64,000 nucleotides of DNA, taken from NCBI GenBank assembly GCA_001600695.1, contig BCKQ01000002.1:1499340-1563339 (forward strand). The letters run 5' to 3'. Each line of letters starts with the position of its first letter. The first letter of the stretch is position 1. A program made the translations under genes and the position numbers. The stretch comes from Ascoidea asiatica JCM 7603. Taxonomy: Eukaryota; Fungi; Ascomycota. This document shows, piece by piece, positions 37,440 through 49,539 of this stretch. The notes under the pieces were generated by a model. It was given only the letters and a program-made list of their open reading frames with translations. It made no database searches and was not told where the DNA came from.

Positions 37440-39665
37440 TTATTTGGAACGGAAGGCATTGATTTCTTCTTCATATCTCTGCAAAAAGTCTATATCTGTT
37501 TCATTATCATCAATTGAAAAAGAAGAAATTGAAGGAGGGGCTCGATCGTTGCCCAAGACAAATTCATAACCTATATTTGTAGGAATTTCAGAATTATTGT
37601 TTGTTAATGTATTATGGGAATCTAAATTTTCATTATTACTAGTTGGATTATGATTTGTTTGATTAGAGTTATTAGTATTAGAATTGGTATTATTATTTCT
37701 ATTATTATTATTATTATTATTATCATTATTAGTGGTAATAGCATTGTCATAATCATTATTGTTGTCATTGATATTGATATTATTATTATTATTGATGTTT
37801 TGCGGATTAGAAGAAGAAGCAGACCCAGACCCAGATCGACTTGTATGCAAATTATTTAAAATATAATGACTTAATTCGTTTATATCCATATTATATCTAG
37901 TTGATCTTATAGTTTCTTGATTAGGATCTATTATAAAATTAAAATCAGAATATAATTCTGGTAAAGAAGGTAAAATATCAGTATCAGGTCCGGATATATT
38001 ATTGATATATGGAGTATCCAGAGACCTGGAAGAACTTTCTGAATTTTTTTCTAAATTTTCATTATGAGCAACTAATTTTTCTTTATTTGTTACAATATCA
38101 GTTTTTTTTAATTTTTTTTTCTTTCTATTAAAAGCTTTTTCTTCAATTATTTTTTTAGCTTTTTCAAGATAATTCGAATGTTTTGAAACAAAAGAACTAG
38201 AAGCCATTGCAGTTTTACAAGAAGCAAACATTTCATCAATCTCTTCTAATCTTAATCCTTTTGTTTCATAAACAGTGAAATAGCAAAATACAGCACCAGC
38301 AAAACAACAACCACCCCAAATAAAAAATATACTAGTCCCTAAAGCTGCAGTATGATTACCTTGATCTATTAAATAAGGTGTAGCATAAGCCAAAGCAAAA
38401 TTAACAATCCAATTTGAAGCAGCAGCAATAGAAACACCTTTACCTCTTAAATTTAAAGAATATATTTCACTCACATAAACCCAAGCCATTGGACCCCAAG
38501 TTGAAGCAAAAGATGCAATAAACAAACAAACAAATACAATCATTATTTTATTTGCAATTACTGAATTTGTAGTTACACCAACAATTCCAATTATCATATC
38601 ACAAGCAGACATTGATAAAGCCCCATAAATCAAACATTTTCTTCTACCGATTTTTTCAACCCAATAAATTCCTAAAATTGTCGCTACAACATTTACAGCA
38701 TATGTGACAAAAGAAATAAGATAAGAATTAGCAACTCCAGTATTAATAAAAAAAATTACACCATAATAAAATACAAAGTTTATACCAGAAGATTGTTGTA
38801 AAGCTTGTAAACAAACACCAGTTAATAATCTAAAAACTTGTTTACTATGACCTCTACCACTTTTGAATAGCTGAAAAAATGAATTTATTGTTATTGAAGA
38901 TTCATAATCAAAATTTGCCTTGATTTCAACTAATTCTTCTAATAATCCTAAATCATCAATTGGAACTTTTCTTAATCTTGATAAAGATTTAGCAGCATCA
39001 AAAATTTTATTTTTTTTAACATAATATCTTGGAGATTCAGGCAAAAAGCTCATTGCAATACTTAAAATTAAAGCCCATAAAGATTGTAAACCTATTGGAA
39101 TTCTATAAGATCCCGAATCATTTCTTGTATGGGTACCTTGAGCAACAGCACTCGAAACCATTAAACCCCAAGTTATACACCATTGATATAAAGAAACAAC
39201 GGAACCTCTCATCCATTTTGGAGAAACTTCGGATTGATATAAAGGTACAGTTGCACTTATTATTCCTAAACCAAACCCAGTTATAGTTCTACCTACACAA
39301 AGTACAGGAATTCCAGTTGAAACTAATTGAACAATATTACCAGCATTAAAAATAAATAAAGAAGCATAAATTATCGAATATTTACGACCAAAATTATCAG
39401 AAAAAAAAGAAGAAACTAAAGAACCAAATAAAGCACCTAAGGATAAAGTTGCAGTACCTAAAGCAGATTCTTTTGCAGTAAAAGATTCACCATTATCGGA
39501 GAAATTTTTTTTAACGTATTCCATCGAAAGAACACTATTACTTAAACCTGTGTCATAACCATATAAGAAACCTCCTAAAGCTGCAATTAAACCAACAAAA
39601 GCAGCTGTTAAAGAAGATTGTTTCTTGGTATCAGGTATTATCGAATCATTTTTGAAATGAAACAT
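37440..39665 (-). CDS. SNF3: Snf3/Rgt2-type (Hgt4-like) glucose sensor: MFS transporter with a long C-terminal tail
   Basis: GGFLYGYDTG, RGSVVSLYQWCITWGL and PESPRY; tail of about 250 aa with LGNDRAPPSISS resembling the sensor motif. Confidence 0.85.
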   Translation of the reverse strand: MFHFKNDSIIPDTKKQSSLTAAFVGLIAALGGFLYGYDTGLSNSVLSMEYVKKNFSDNGESFTAKESALGTATLSLGALFGSLVSSFFSDNFGRKYSIIYASLFIFNAGNIVQLVSTGIPVLCVGRTITGFGLGIISATVPLYQSEVSPKWMRGSVVSLYQWCITWGLMVSSAVAQGTHTRNDSGSYRIPIGLQSLWALILSIAMSFLPESPRYYVKKNKIFDAAKSLSRLRKVPIDDLGLLEELVEIKANFDYESSITINSFFQLFKSGRGHSKQVFRLLTGVCLQALQQSSGINFVFYYGVIFFINTGVANSYLISFVTYAVNVVATILGIYWVEKIGRRKCLIYGALSMSACDMIIGIVGVTTNSVIANKIMIVFVCLFIASFASTWGPMAWVYVSEIYSLNLRGKGVSIAAASNWIVNFALAYATPYLIDQGNHTAALGTSIFFIWGGCCFAGAVFCYFTVYETKGLRLEEIDEMFASCKTAMASSSFVSKHSNYLEKAKKIIEEKAFNRKKKKLKKTDIVTNKEKLVAHNENLEKNSESSSRSLDTPYINNISGPDTDILPSLPELYSDFNFIIDPNQETIRSTRYNMDINELSHYILNNLHTSRSGSGSASSSNPQNINNNNNININDNNNDYDNAITTNNDNNNNNNNRNNNTNSNTNNSNQTNHNPTSNNENLDSHNTLTNNNSEIPTNIGYEFVLGNDRAPPSISSFSIDDNETDIDFLQRYEEEINAFRSK

Positions 39666-40730
39666 TTATGTTATTTATTAAAAATTATACTATTATAAGA
39701 GAATATAAGAAAAGCAATTAAGAACTCATTGAAAATTTTTTTTATTATTGTTATTTAAAATTTATCAAATTATGTAGCTATTGGATAATAATATTGTTAG
39801 TTAATAAGAAAAACAGTTTTAATCAGTGTCAAGTGATTCTATCAATAAATTAATCAATATGATTTATCAATATTTTTTTTTTTTAATAATTAGTTATAAT
39901 TTTGAATGAATACTAAAAGTACAGTAAGTAACTTCAAATCCATAGTGATTTCTGTACGGTATTAATTCGAAACCCTACATGTTCTCCTTGGAGAGGGAGC
40001 TAAGGTTTCATTCAATGCTACAAGTATGTGGTGGTGTAAGGGTAAATATAAACATCGGGGTGAAAAGAAGACGCTACAGAACTCCACCACAGCACGGCAG
40101 CCCCGTAGTACCGTACCAATGCACTGGTTGTCAGTGTGGTGACTGGGCAGGTGAGGTGAGCAGTGACAGAGAACTAAAATTATCAAAGGCACGTGCTTAT
40201 ATTATGATTTTAGTAAAAAGAGGAAAGTGAGGCATAATGTGTGGCAAATGTAAATGTGTCAAGAGAATAACGGTAAAAATGCAATGTATTTCCGTAAATT
40301 GAGCCCATAGTACTGGCTTTATATTTTGCTGATCTCAGGTACGGCAGAACCCAATAGAATTCCTGGGCTTAGTCATCCTTATCTGGCGCCAGGCCTTTTT
40401 GCCTTATCCGACATCGCTAAACAACATAATCCATTTTTATTATGATAGTTTTATTTTAATAGTGCAGTGCTGATAATAAAAATTTAGCTTTACAATATTG
40501 AAGCTCAAATTACTCTTCTCTTAGTGATAAATGATCCTGGGGATAGTAATTGTCATTAATATACTACCGTAAAAAACCTTATACATACTTTTTTTATCAT
40601 ATATAAAACTAAGAAAAGCTACAAGTATAAATATCTTTCTAATATAAATCGAGTTTTATTTCTAAATAAGTAGACAAATTAAGCAAATCCGAAAAAACAG
40701 AAAATTATTTTTCATAACCAATCTCAAATA

Positions 40731-41381
40731 ATGATTTCAAAACTTATTAAAAACAATGCTCTTTCTGGTAAATTGGTCAAAGGGAAGTATGAGAAGTTAA
40801 ATACAAAAATTATCTTGACTTGCTTTAAAACTAATTGTTTCCAGCAGAAAAATATTCAAGATAATTCTTTTTCAAACATTGCAAGAAGACAATTTTCAAA
40901 CAATTCATATCCTAATTCATATAATATAATTCAAAATTATAAATCAAACTCAAAATTTATTAATTATAATAATAAAAATAATAATAATATAATCTTTTCA
41001 AAAAGGTCAATTTCAACTGCAACTTCTCATAATAGAATATATAAAGATGCTCGATTACCTCGAAATTCTGAAGAAGCTGAAATTTATGATGATATAAAAG
41101 AGTTAATAGATACAAGGATATTGCCAACAATTCAAGAAGATGGTGGTGATATGGAATTTAGAGGTTTCAACTTCGATACTGGTACAGTTTATGTAAAATT
41201 AAAAGGTGCTTGTACAACTTGTTCTTTAAGTGAAAATACTTTAAAAAATGGTATTGAAAGAATGCTAGCTTATTATATTGAAGATGTTAATAATGTTCAA
41301 CAAGTTTTAGATATAGAAGAAGAAGTTGCAATGAGAGAATTTGAGAAATTAGAACAAAAATTAAGTAGAAAATCAGCTTAA
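40731..41381 (+). CDS. NFU1: Mitochondrial Fe-S carrier Nfu1 (NifU-C domain only)
   Basis: IKELIDTRILPTIQEDGGD..KLKGACTTC..TLKNGIERML; long basic presequence. Confidence 0.9.
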   Translation: MISKLIKNNALSGKLVKGKYEKLNTKIILTCFKTNCFQQKNIQDNSFSNIARRQFSNNSYPNSYNIIQNYKSNSKFINYNNKNNNNIIFSKRSISTATSHNRIYKDARLPRNSEEAEIYDDIKELIDTRILPTIQEDGGDMEFRGFNFDTGTVYVKLKGACTTCSLSENTLKNGIERMLAYYIEDVNNVQQVLDIEEEVAMREFEKLEQKLSRKSA

Positions 41382-44300
41382 ATTTTAACTCTAATTTTTT
41401 TCGTTTATTTTTTCATTATATTATACAATTGACCATATTCTATCCTTTTAATAAAAAGTATTCATTTATTTTACTTTAGTTTACTTTTCCTCTTCGTTTT
41501 TTTTTTTCTAGTTTATCTATATTCACTTCCTGTAGTATAGTATTTCTTGTTAAAAAGAAAGAAGAAATTATTGAATTTTCAAACAGAATCAATGAAATCT
41601 GAAACTTAGTATTAGATACTCATTATTTCTGTAAATGAATAAACAGAATTAAAATGGAAAATGAAAGTGTTTACTTTTATATATTTTGAAATAAACTCTA
41701 TTAATCGAATACTAATTGTGGTAAAAACTACCCCTACATATTCACAAATAAAAAGTTGTTTTTTCAATAGACTTAAAGACTTTCAAAAATTTACAATAGA
41801 TGTTGTGTCATTTAAATTTATGTCGAACAGGTGATATCTACTATTAGTTACAAAAATCAATTATTTTTTTAATTACTCTAAATTTCTTTAAAGAAATTTT
41901 GATACTTAAATGAATCTCCTATTCAAACTGTAGGATATATATACAGTATATATATATATATATCTTCTCAAAGAAAACATAAGACTATTGGAAAACAGCA
42001 AGAGCTTTATTCGTTCGATTTGCAAATATATTTTATACAAAAAGGGCTCTTAAGTATTGAATAAGATTATAAGTGATGAAAAAAATAAATTCAAAAAGGT
42101 TGTGAGAACAAAAAAATCTAGCTAAAAAATAAAGGTAACTATAAAAAATTGGTAAATTTGAATAAAAAGTTGTTGTGCGATCTTTTGATCTTTTAAGACA
42201 TTCAAAGCAGTTTTAAGTGAAAACTTTCAAATGAATAAGCAAATTGTTTTTCTTCCGAAGTAATTTCGTGTTATTTAAATGATAATGTATTTCTCAAGTT
42301 TTATTAATCCTTCATACTCAAAAAATACAAATAATAGGAATTGTTCGATTTTTTTAATTTTCAAAAAAAATTACACTAAATTATAATTCTTTCAAAGCTT
42401 TAATAAGAATTAATAACATTGAAAAAACATCTCAGTTTTATCATGAAGCTTTGAAATCATTAAATGTTTTTTTTTAATATTAATAGATAGAAAATCACTT
42501 CTATTGACTTTTAGAAACCTAAAACAAATTACCCTCTTCTAAGCAAATACTTGAATGATAATGAAAAATGAATCTAAATTGTTCTCTTTAGTTTCAATAA
42601 TCGCTTCTACTTTTTTTCATTGACCTTTAAAAATCTACAGATTCCTAAAACCATTAGTGTTAAATTAGAGCTTTCTTTTATAAATAAAATCGAAATTAAG
42701 GATCCGTAATATTGGTCACCATGGCCACAACCCAAATAATTTATTATTGCCGTAGAAAATATCACTATAAGTTAACTCTAAGGCAATAATGCTGAGATTA
42801 TGGATCATTATCGTAAAATGGATAATATCTACACTTTCAAACTACTTTAGTGAAAATACTTTTTCTTACAAAAAGACAATAAAATCTGCTTGAAAAATCT
42901 TTTTTTTCTAACCCTTTGAAATATTTGAGTGAAGTTTATAGTTTCAATTAAGTTTTTTTTTGCTTGTCTAACTTCTTTTTTTCATATAATAAACTGTCAA
43001 ATTTATTAGTGATAACACCAAAAATTAAATGATTATTATCTAACATAACTTGAGGCTCTAGAGAACTTTTTTTGCTAATTATGCAAAATTTGGAAATTTA
43101 TGTTCATAAATGGCTAATCTAAATTCATTCTTCAGAAATTCTCTTTATTTTTTCAATAGATTTAAATTTACATAAAATAAAAGAGTAATACTTAATAAAT
43201 AATAAATCTTTCCCACGCAAGACTCTGGATTATTTCCTAATTTTGAATAAAGCAATTGAAAAAACACAAAATACTCCAGTTTACTCAGTATCTACCTTTT
43301 TTGCCCATTTGTTCAAATTAGTTATTTGATCTTTTAATTAAACTGTTTAATCAGATCATATCTAATCTTTTTAATAATTTCAATAAATTTTATACCTAAT
43401 TCTCAAAAATTCGCAGTCTTTCAATATTCTTGGAACCTTCTTAGATTATATCAGAACAGGCTTGAAAACAATTACGCACTTAGATGTGCAAAGTTCACAT
43501 AACCGCATCAACACAATAGCAAAATCTGCACTGCAACGCTGATAGCCTTTTAAATAGGCATGGTACTTGATGCCTAAGTGTGTGATCCGAATTCATGGTA
43601 ATTACCGTTCCATAGTGAACCATGGCCCTTTTTTTTTAACCATTTTTCAAAACAATTTGATCATGTTCAATTTTTTTTTACCATTAATGATTTTTCTTTT
43701 ACTCCCGAGTAATAAGATAAAAAAATAGTAGACTAAAAGAATAATCATTTGAGAGGGACCATAATTTCTTTGTTAGATTACAATTAGTGGCTTTAAAAAT
43801 GAGAATCACTCTATGGGTAATACTCAGTACGAAGGATAATATTTAAGCGTAAGAATGGTTTTAAATGAACAATTAATTAATTTGATTCTGGAACAAGACA
43901 TTTGAATATACTAAACTGTGACGAAAACGGGTGTACCAGTAACCATTCAAATTATTTTAAAATTTCCTACAAAACATTTCTTTGAATTATTATTTCCAAT
44001 GAAGTCTTAATGAAACACTCAAGATTCCTTTTTATTAAATTAGGGTAGGTGAAATGCCTATTCTACTACTACTATGATTATCCCTTTATTTATACTGAAT
44101 AATATTGGTGTGTTTTTATTGTCATTGTTATCATTGTTATCATTATTATTATTATTATTATTATTTTTATTACTATTATTATTTTTATTCTTACTATTAT
44201 AATCTAGTTACTATTCAATGACAATGAGCAGTCAATTAGCTTTATAAAGAATTATCAGTAAGACCTTTAAGCACAGTTTTAATCTGAAAGAAATCATTGG

Positions 44301-44506
44301 TATTTTTCACTTTTATGTCATAAATTCATCAGTCTACTTACCCCTTTCAACAAGTGTTTTTTAAATTCAAATATTCTATTACTTATTTTTTCATTGTTTC
44401 TTTTAATTATTTCATTATAATATTTAGGATTGAAACTTATACATTATTCATTGATAGAAAAGTTATCATTCTTAGTTAAAAAAGAATTCTATGAAGAATT
44501 TAGAAA

Positions 44507-46141
44507 ATGAATTTCAGTAAATTTTTAACTTATAATGAGGAAGTCTCATTTATGACTTACAAGAAAAGAAAAGAAGGGACTCCAAGAGTACCTGATGTTA
44601 GATCACAAATATCTCCTGCTTTATATTCCAGTAGTTCAAATAAAAATTCAAAAGGATCAACGAAAAAGTCAAGTAATAATTCTGGTTCTGGTAGAAGTTC
44701 AAAATCAAATTCAAAAAAAACATCAATTAGTGGTGGATCTGATACAAAATCTTCTTTATCTCAAGAATCAAATAATCATATAAATCAATTCAATTTGAAT
44801 TTTAATAATCTTTCACTTTCTGAACCAAGTACTAATAATTCACCTCTTAGAGGAAAACCCATAAATCCAGGTTCTCATAATATAAGAAAACATCCATCTG
44901 TGACAGAAGATCCATTTTTCTTTTCACCTGACAGATTAATAATATCAAATTCAAAATTTGATGAAGATTTTGATAAATCAGAAGAACCTCTTCAAGTACC
45001 GAAATTTTCTGAAGAAGAAAAGGATTTACTTAGATATTCTTGGAATAATAATATACTTCAAGATATATATAAATATATTTATGATGAAGATATGGATATT
45101 CAATCTCTCAGTGAAAGATCGGAATTACTCAAACAAATAGGTGTTGAAGATGGAAAACCTTTATCAGAGTTATTTGCTTCAACAAGATTTTGGAAAGAAG
45201 TATATGAATTTATACATGATATGAATCCCGAACTTCGTTCCCAAGAAAAATTACCATCTATTCAGCATCAGAGCAGTTCATTTACTAGTATAATCAAACT
45301 TGCGATTGGAACATTAGATGATTTAAGTCAGCTATCTGGATTTTTAGAATCTTTAGGAAGAAGTCATAGTAGTTTATTTAGCTCTGATTTTAAAGTTTTT
45401 GAGGTTATTGGGTTTGAATTATTTAACGTACTAAGTTTAAAATTTGGCCCAACCTTTACTAATGAATTGCAAGATGTTTGGTCTAAGTTATATTGCTTTA
45501 TTGTTAATACTATGATTCAAGCTGTTGGTGAAATAAGAAGATTATCTGATCGGGATATTTTATCAACATATTCTTCTGCTTCCGAAAATACAAGAATTGA
45601 TTCCACTATACTAAGTTCAGATTCAATCTTTACAAACACTTCTAATTTTAGTGGTTTAACTGATAGTTCAATTTCAAGAGATTCTATGATTTTAGCAAAG
45701 CCAATTAATCTTGACAAAAATCCTGAAGTAAGAATGGAGATGAGTCTGAAATCGCATAAATCTCATGATAGCCTAGGTTCCGCACCATTTAATCAAATTC
45801 CAGGAGTTAAAGTGGATCGTTTTCGAAACGGTTCACTAAAAGCAGAAATTTTTGATAAAGATCTTGAGAACAAAATGGCTTTTGCGCCCGATTTTGAAAA
45901 AGATAATGGAACTGGAAAAATTACATACTCAAGATTTAGGAGTCAGAGAAATCTAAGAGTTGTTGATCATAATAATATTTCTTCTTTAGTTATTGATCCT
46001 GCTGATTTAACTAGCTCAACAACCAACACTACTATAAAAAATTTCAATGAATCAAATTCGTTTGGTCAACCCTCTTCAAACTCACATACAACACATGCGC
46101 CTCATATATCGCGAAAAAAAAAGTTTTTTGGAAAATGGTGA
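44507..46141 (+). CDS. Fungal globin-domain protein, YNL234W-like
   Basis: RYSW...LPSIQHQ...LESLGRSH...FEVIG...WSKLYCFIVNTM globin fold with proximal His, flanked by Ser-rich disordered arms. Confidence 0.82.
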   Translation: MNFSKFLTYNEEVSFMTYKKRKEGTPRVPDVRSQISPALYSSSSNKNSKGSTKKSSNNSGSGRSSKSNSKKTSISGGSDTKSSLSQESNNHINQFNLNFNNLSLSEPSTNNSPLRGKPINPGSHNIRKHPSVTEDPFFFSPDRLIISNSKFDEDFDKSEEPLQVPKFSEEEKDLLRYSWNNNILQDIYKYIYDEDMDIQSLSERSELLKQIGVEDGKPLSELFASTRFWKEVYEFIHDMNPELRSQEKLPSIQHQSSSFTSIIKLAIGTLDDLSQLSGFLESLGRSHSSLFSSDFKVFEVIGFELFNVLSLKFGPTFTNELQDVWSKLYCFIVNTMIQAVGEIRRLSDRDILSTYSSASENTRIDSTILSSDSIFTNTSNFSGLTDSSISRDSMILAKPINLDKNPEVRMEMSLKSHKSHDSLGSAPFNQIPGVKVDRFRNGSLKAEIFDKDLENKMAFAPDFEKDNGTGKITYSRFRSQRNLRVVDHNNISSLVIDPADLTSSTTNTTIKNFNESNSFGQPSSNSHTTHAPHISRKKKFFGKW

Positions 46142-47160
46142 TCCAATACATGCACTATTTGTACTATTTATTTAACTTTTGTTTTTTTATTCTTCAACTT
46201 TCATGCTTTTTTTTCAATTTAATTCAAATTAATTCAATTTTAGATTTTCTAGCTTGCCTTTTTTACATTCATTGTAATTTTACATTATATCATACACTTA
46301 TGTAATTGCTAATTTTTTTTTTTTTTTTCGAAATATCTATCTATCTTCTGTAGCTGAAACTTTTTGGTTTTATGGTTTTAGTACCGACGCATAATAACAG
46401 AGGTAAAATATTTTTTTTGCGACACGCAAATTAAATTCTTCTTAAATCATGGATCTGAAATTTTAGCAATATTAAAATGATTACTAGATACTACTTTCGT
46501 AGTAATTATTGTAAGAAAAAGAGAATACTGGCTATTTGGCATAGTAAAATTTATTTCATTAAAGCTATGTTGATATATTACTGGAAAGTTTCATTTATAA
46601 TCTGGAGTTTGAAAACTTCTCTATCAGACTTTTCTGCTTTTAGAATTACTTACGAAATTCGGTAAAACCTCATAAGTTCAAGAGTGAACCGTAAACTGCA
46701 GTCTCACTTAGCTCTGCTTCTTAATACATCAAAAACAGCTTTAGAATTCGAATGCTTGGATTTACATGGAAATACATTCTACAGCAAAAGACATTAGTAA
46801 CATTTATTTTACAGGACTATGCATAAAGTTTTTACCAACATACACTTCAAGAGATCCGTAAGGTTTTTACGAGTTCATTTGCAAAGAGAAATAACAAGTT
46901 CTATCGCTTGGAATTTAGTTAAATTATTTATTCCTATTGTTACAAACAAAAAGAACCGTGAATCCCTTTATTATACAGATGTAAACAAAATTTTTTCATT
47001 ATTCTAGTGATTTACCCCTTCAGAAATAGCAATAAAATAACATTCGTTTCCTAATGAGACACCACAAAAATGAAATATCTTAAGCTCCATTGCATAGCCA
47101 TGAGGATGGTTTACCTATCCTTCATTTTCATATTCAAGAACATCAATTATGTACTTTTTC

Positions 47161-47186
47161 CACCATCCTCACCATCCTCACCATCT
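47161..47186. repeat. (CACCATCCT)x3 tandem repeat upstream of AMA1
   Basis: caccatcct caccatcct caccatct. Confidence 0.8.
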
Positions 47187-47598
47187 TCTATTACTTTTAG
47201 CGGTTAAAGCGTTTACTTCTGTGTAGTTTTTGTTTTGTAATCATGTAATGATTCTTTTTTTTCCTCCTTCCCAGTATTTTGACCCTTCATATTTTGAATA
47301 ATTCAATGATATCAATCAAAACAATATAAGTTTCCCTTCATCTTAAATAATGTTTTCTTTTGAAGAATTTATTATTGATTTATTTATCTCAAAATAGTTG
47401 CTAAAAATTTGCTCTCAATAAATAAACATACAGTATATATATAATTCTGAATGATTAAAATCAATATATCATAAAAAATTAACCACTTGCTTCTCATATA
47501 TAATAAAATATTTCCAAAAAGCGATTTTATGGGTTTTCATATCATTACTATTCGCTAAATCTAGTAATCCTCTCAAATATCTTTAATTAGGCATTGTC

Positions 47599-49320
47599 AT
47601 GTCTGCCGTCACTGCTATAACTGATAGATTTATTCCTTCTGTTTATTCTCAACAAGCTTATCAAGCTTTACCGGTTTCAAATAATAAAATTGCAAATGCA
47701 TTTGAAGATAGATTACAAATCACCTCCTTAAGAGATAATTCCTTTTTAATAAGAGCAAATTACGATACACTGATCAATAGTGGTATAACTCACAGTTTAG
47801 ATAATTCCCTATCACAGACTTCAATAGACAACTTAGCTCAAACACAAATAACTGAGAAGAAACAAAAAGATGAAGACTATTTACAAAAAAATGGAGTAAT
47901 GGCGTATGCCTTAGGCTTTAAAACCCCTTCTAGAGTTTTCACTTTTCATCCGATTAATACCCAACACAACCTTTCCCCAAGATCTAAATTTGTCACAAGT
48001 TTATCATCAAGTTTATTATTGGAATGTCAAAAATCAAGTGAATTTATCAATTGTAAAACTAATGAAGCTGCTAAGGCGAAAAAAATTTCAAAAACTAAAA
48101 TCAAATCCCATATTCCTTATAGAGTTTTAGATGCCCCTGGTTTAAAGAATGATTTCTATACTAATTTAGTTTCGTGGTCTAAAAAGACTGGTAAAGTAGC
48201 TGTTGGGTTAGGTACAAATGTTTATTTATGGAGTGAGGATTCCGGTGCTGTTCCATTAGAAAGTTCAGATTTTGAATCTGTAACTGCAATTTCTTTTTCT
48301 ACAAATGATTTCCTTGCTGTTGGTTTTAAAAATGGAAAAATTCTTCTCTACGATCAGTCAAACGAAACCATAGAAGCCGAGTATATGAATAATGGTGGTA
48401 TTTGTTGCATTGCTTGGATCCCAAATTCTGATATGTTTTATGTTGGAGATGAAGCTGGAGAAGTTGCTTTGCTAAAAGCATCATTGACAGGGTCTTTGTC
48501 TGCTTCTGATTCTGGTTCAGTTTCCTTAAATTTGGTCAGATCTTTCAAGAGTCATCAACAACAGGTTTGCGGTATTTATTCACTTTAATTCATTTTTTCA
48601 GTTTTTTTTTGTTTGAAATGATAACCTACTAACTTTCGTTCTTAAATTAGGAATTGCAATTAGTAATGATTCTAATCAAATTGCTGTTGGTGGAAATGAT
48701 AATTGCTGTACAATTTGGGATATATCTGATAAACAAAGCCCCACTTTGAAGTATTCGCTACCACATTCAGCTGCTGTTAAAGCAATTGCTTTCTGTCCTT
48801 GGTCTAGTTCTCTATTAGCGACAGGAGCTGGAAGTAAAGACAGAAGGATAAGGTAAGTAATCACTGTACTTGTGCCTTTTTTAAATTTTTTACTGCCCAA
48901 AATTACTAACCAGTTTATTTTTAAAGATTTTGGCATACAAACTCAGGTACATTATTAGATTCAATCAATACTAAAGGTCAGGTAACTTCTTTAATATGGT
49001 CAAAAAATAAAAAGCAAATTGTAGCAACTTTTGGTTTTGCAGACTCTGAGAAACCTGTTCTTGTCGCCGTTTATAATTACCCTCAAATGAAACCCTTAAT
49101 TGAAATCCAAGCTTCTTTGAATCTTAGAATTCTGTCTGCTGTTCCTTCTCCAGATCATGGTTCTATATGCGTTGCTGCAAATGATGAAACTGTTCGATTT
49201 TATGAACTTTGGACTTTAACCCCAGATCTAGTTCCTGAAGGACAAGAGGGAGGTGTATTTGGTAGTGATTTGATAGAATTATGCGAAGGCATTTATAAAA
49301 AAGGAGATATAATTAGATAA
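47599..49320 (+). CDS. AMA1: Meiosis-specific APC/C activator (Cdc20 family); exons 47599-48571, 48651-48852 and 48927-49320
   Basis: C-box DRFIP, IPYRVLDAPGLKNDFY, HQQQVCG|IAIS, HSAAVKAIAFCPW, DRRIR|FWHT and C-terminal IR tail. Introns 48572-48650 and 48853-48926 restore one reading frame. Confidence 0.92.
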
Positions 49321-49539
49321 ATGTCTAAAGCAGGAAGAACATATCTTTTGTTCTAACAAATAACTTTGCATTTTTGAAGACTAAATAGTTTTGAATATAG
49401 CGAAGTTTTAAAAGTTTTAGTAGTTAAAAGGCGAATAGCAAATAAAAGAAAATTCCAATAGAACTAAGTAAAATATCCTCTACAAGTGAATAATTAACTA
49501 TTTTAAGAAATATTTATTAATTTAGAAACATTACAATAT

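Noticed and set aside
47060-47206. MSE-like CACAAAA and URS1-like TAGCGGTTA upstream of AMA1
   Set aside because: Both deviate from consensus and are expected by chance in AT-rich DNA.
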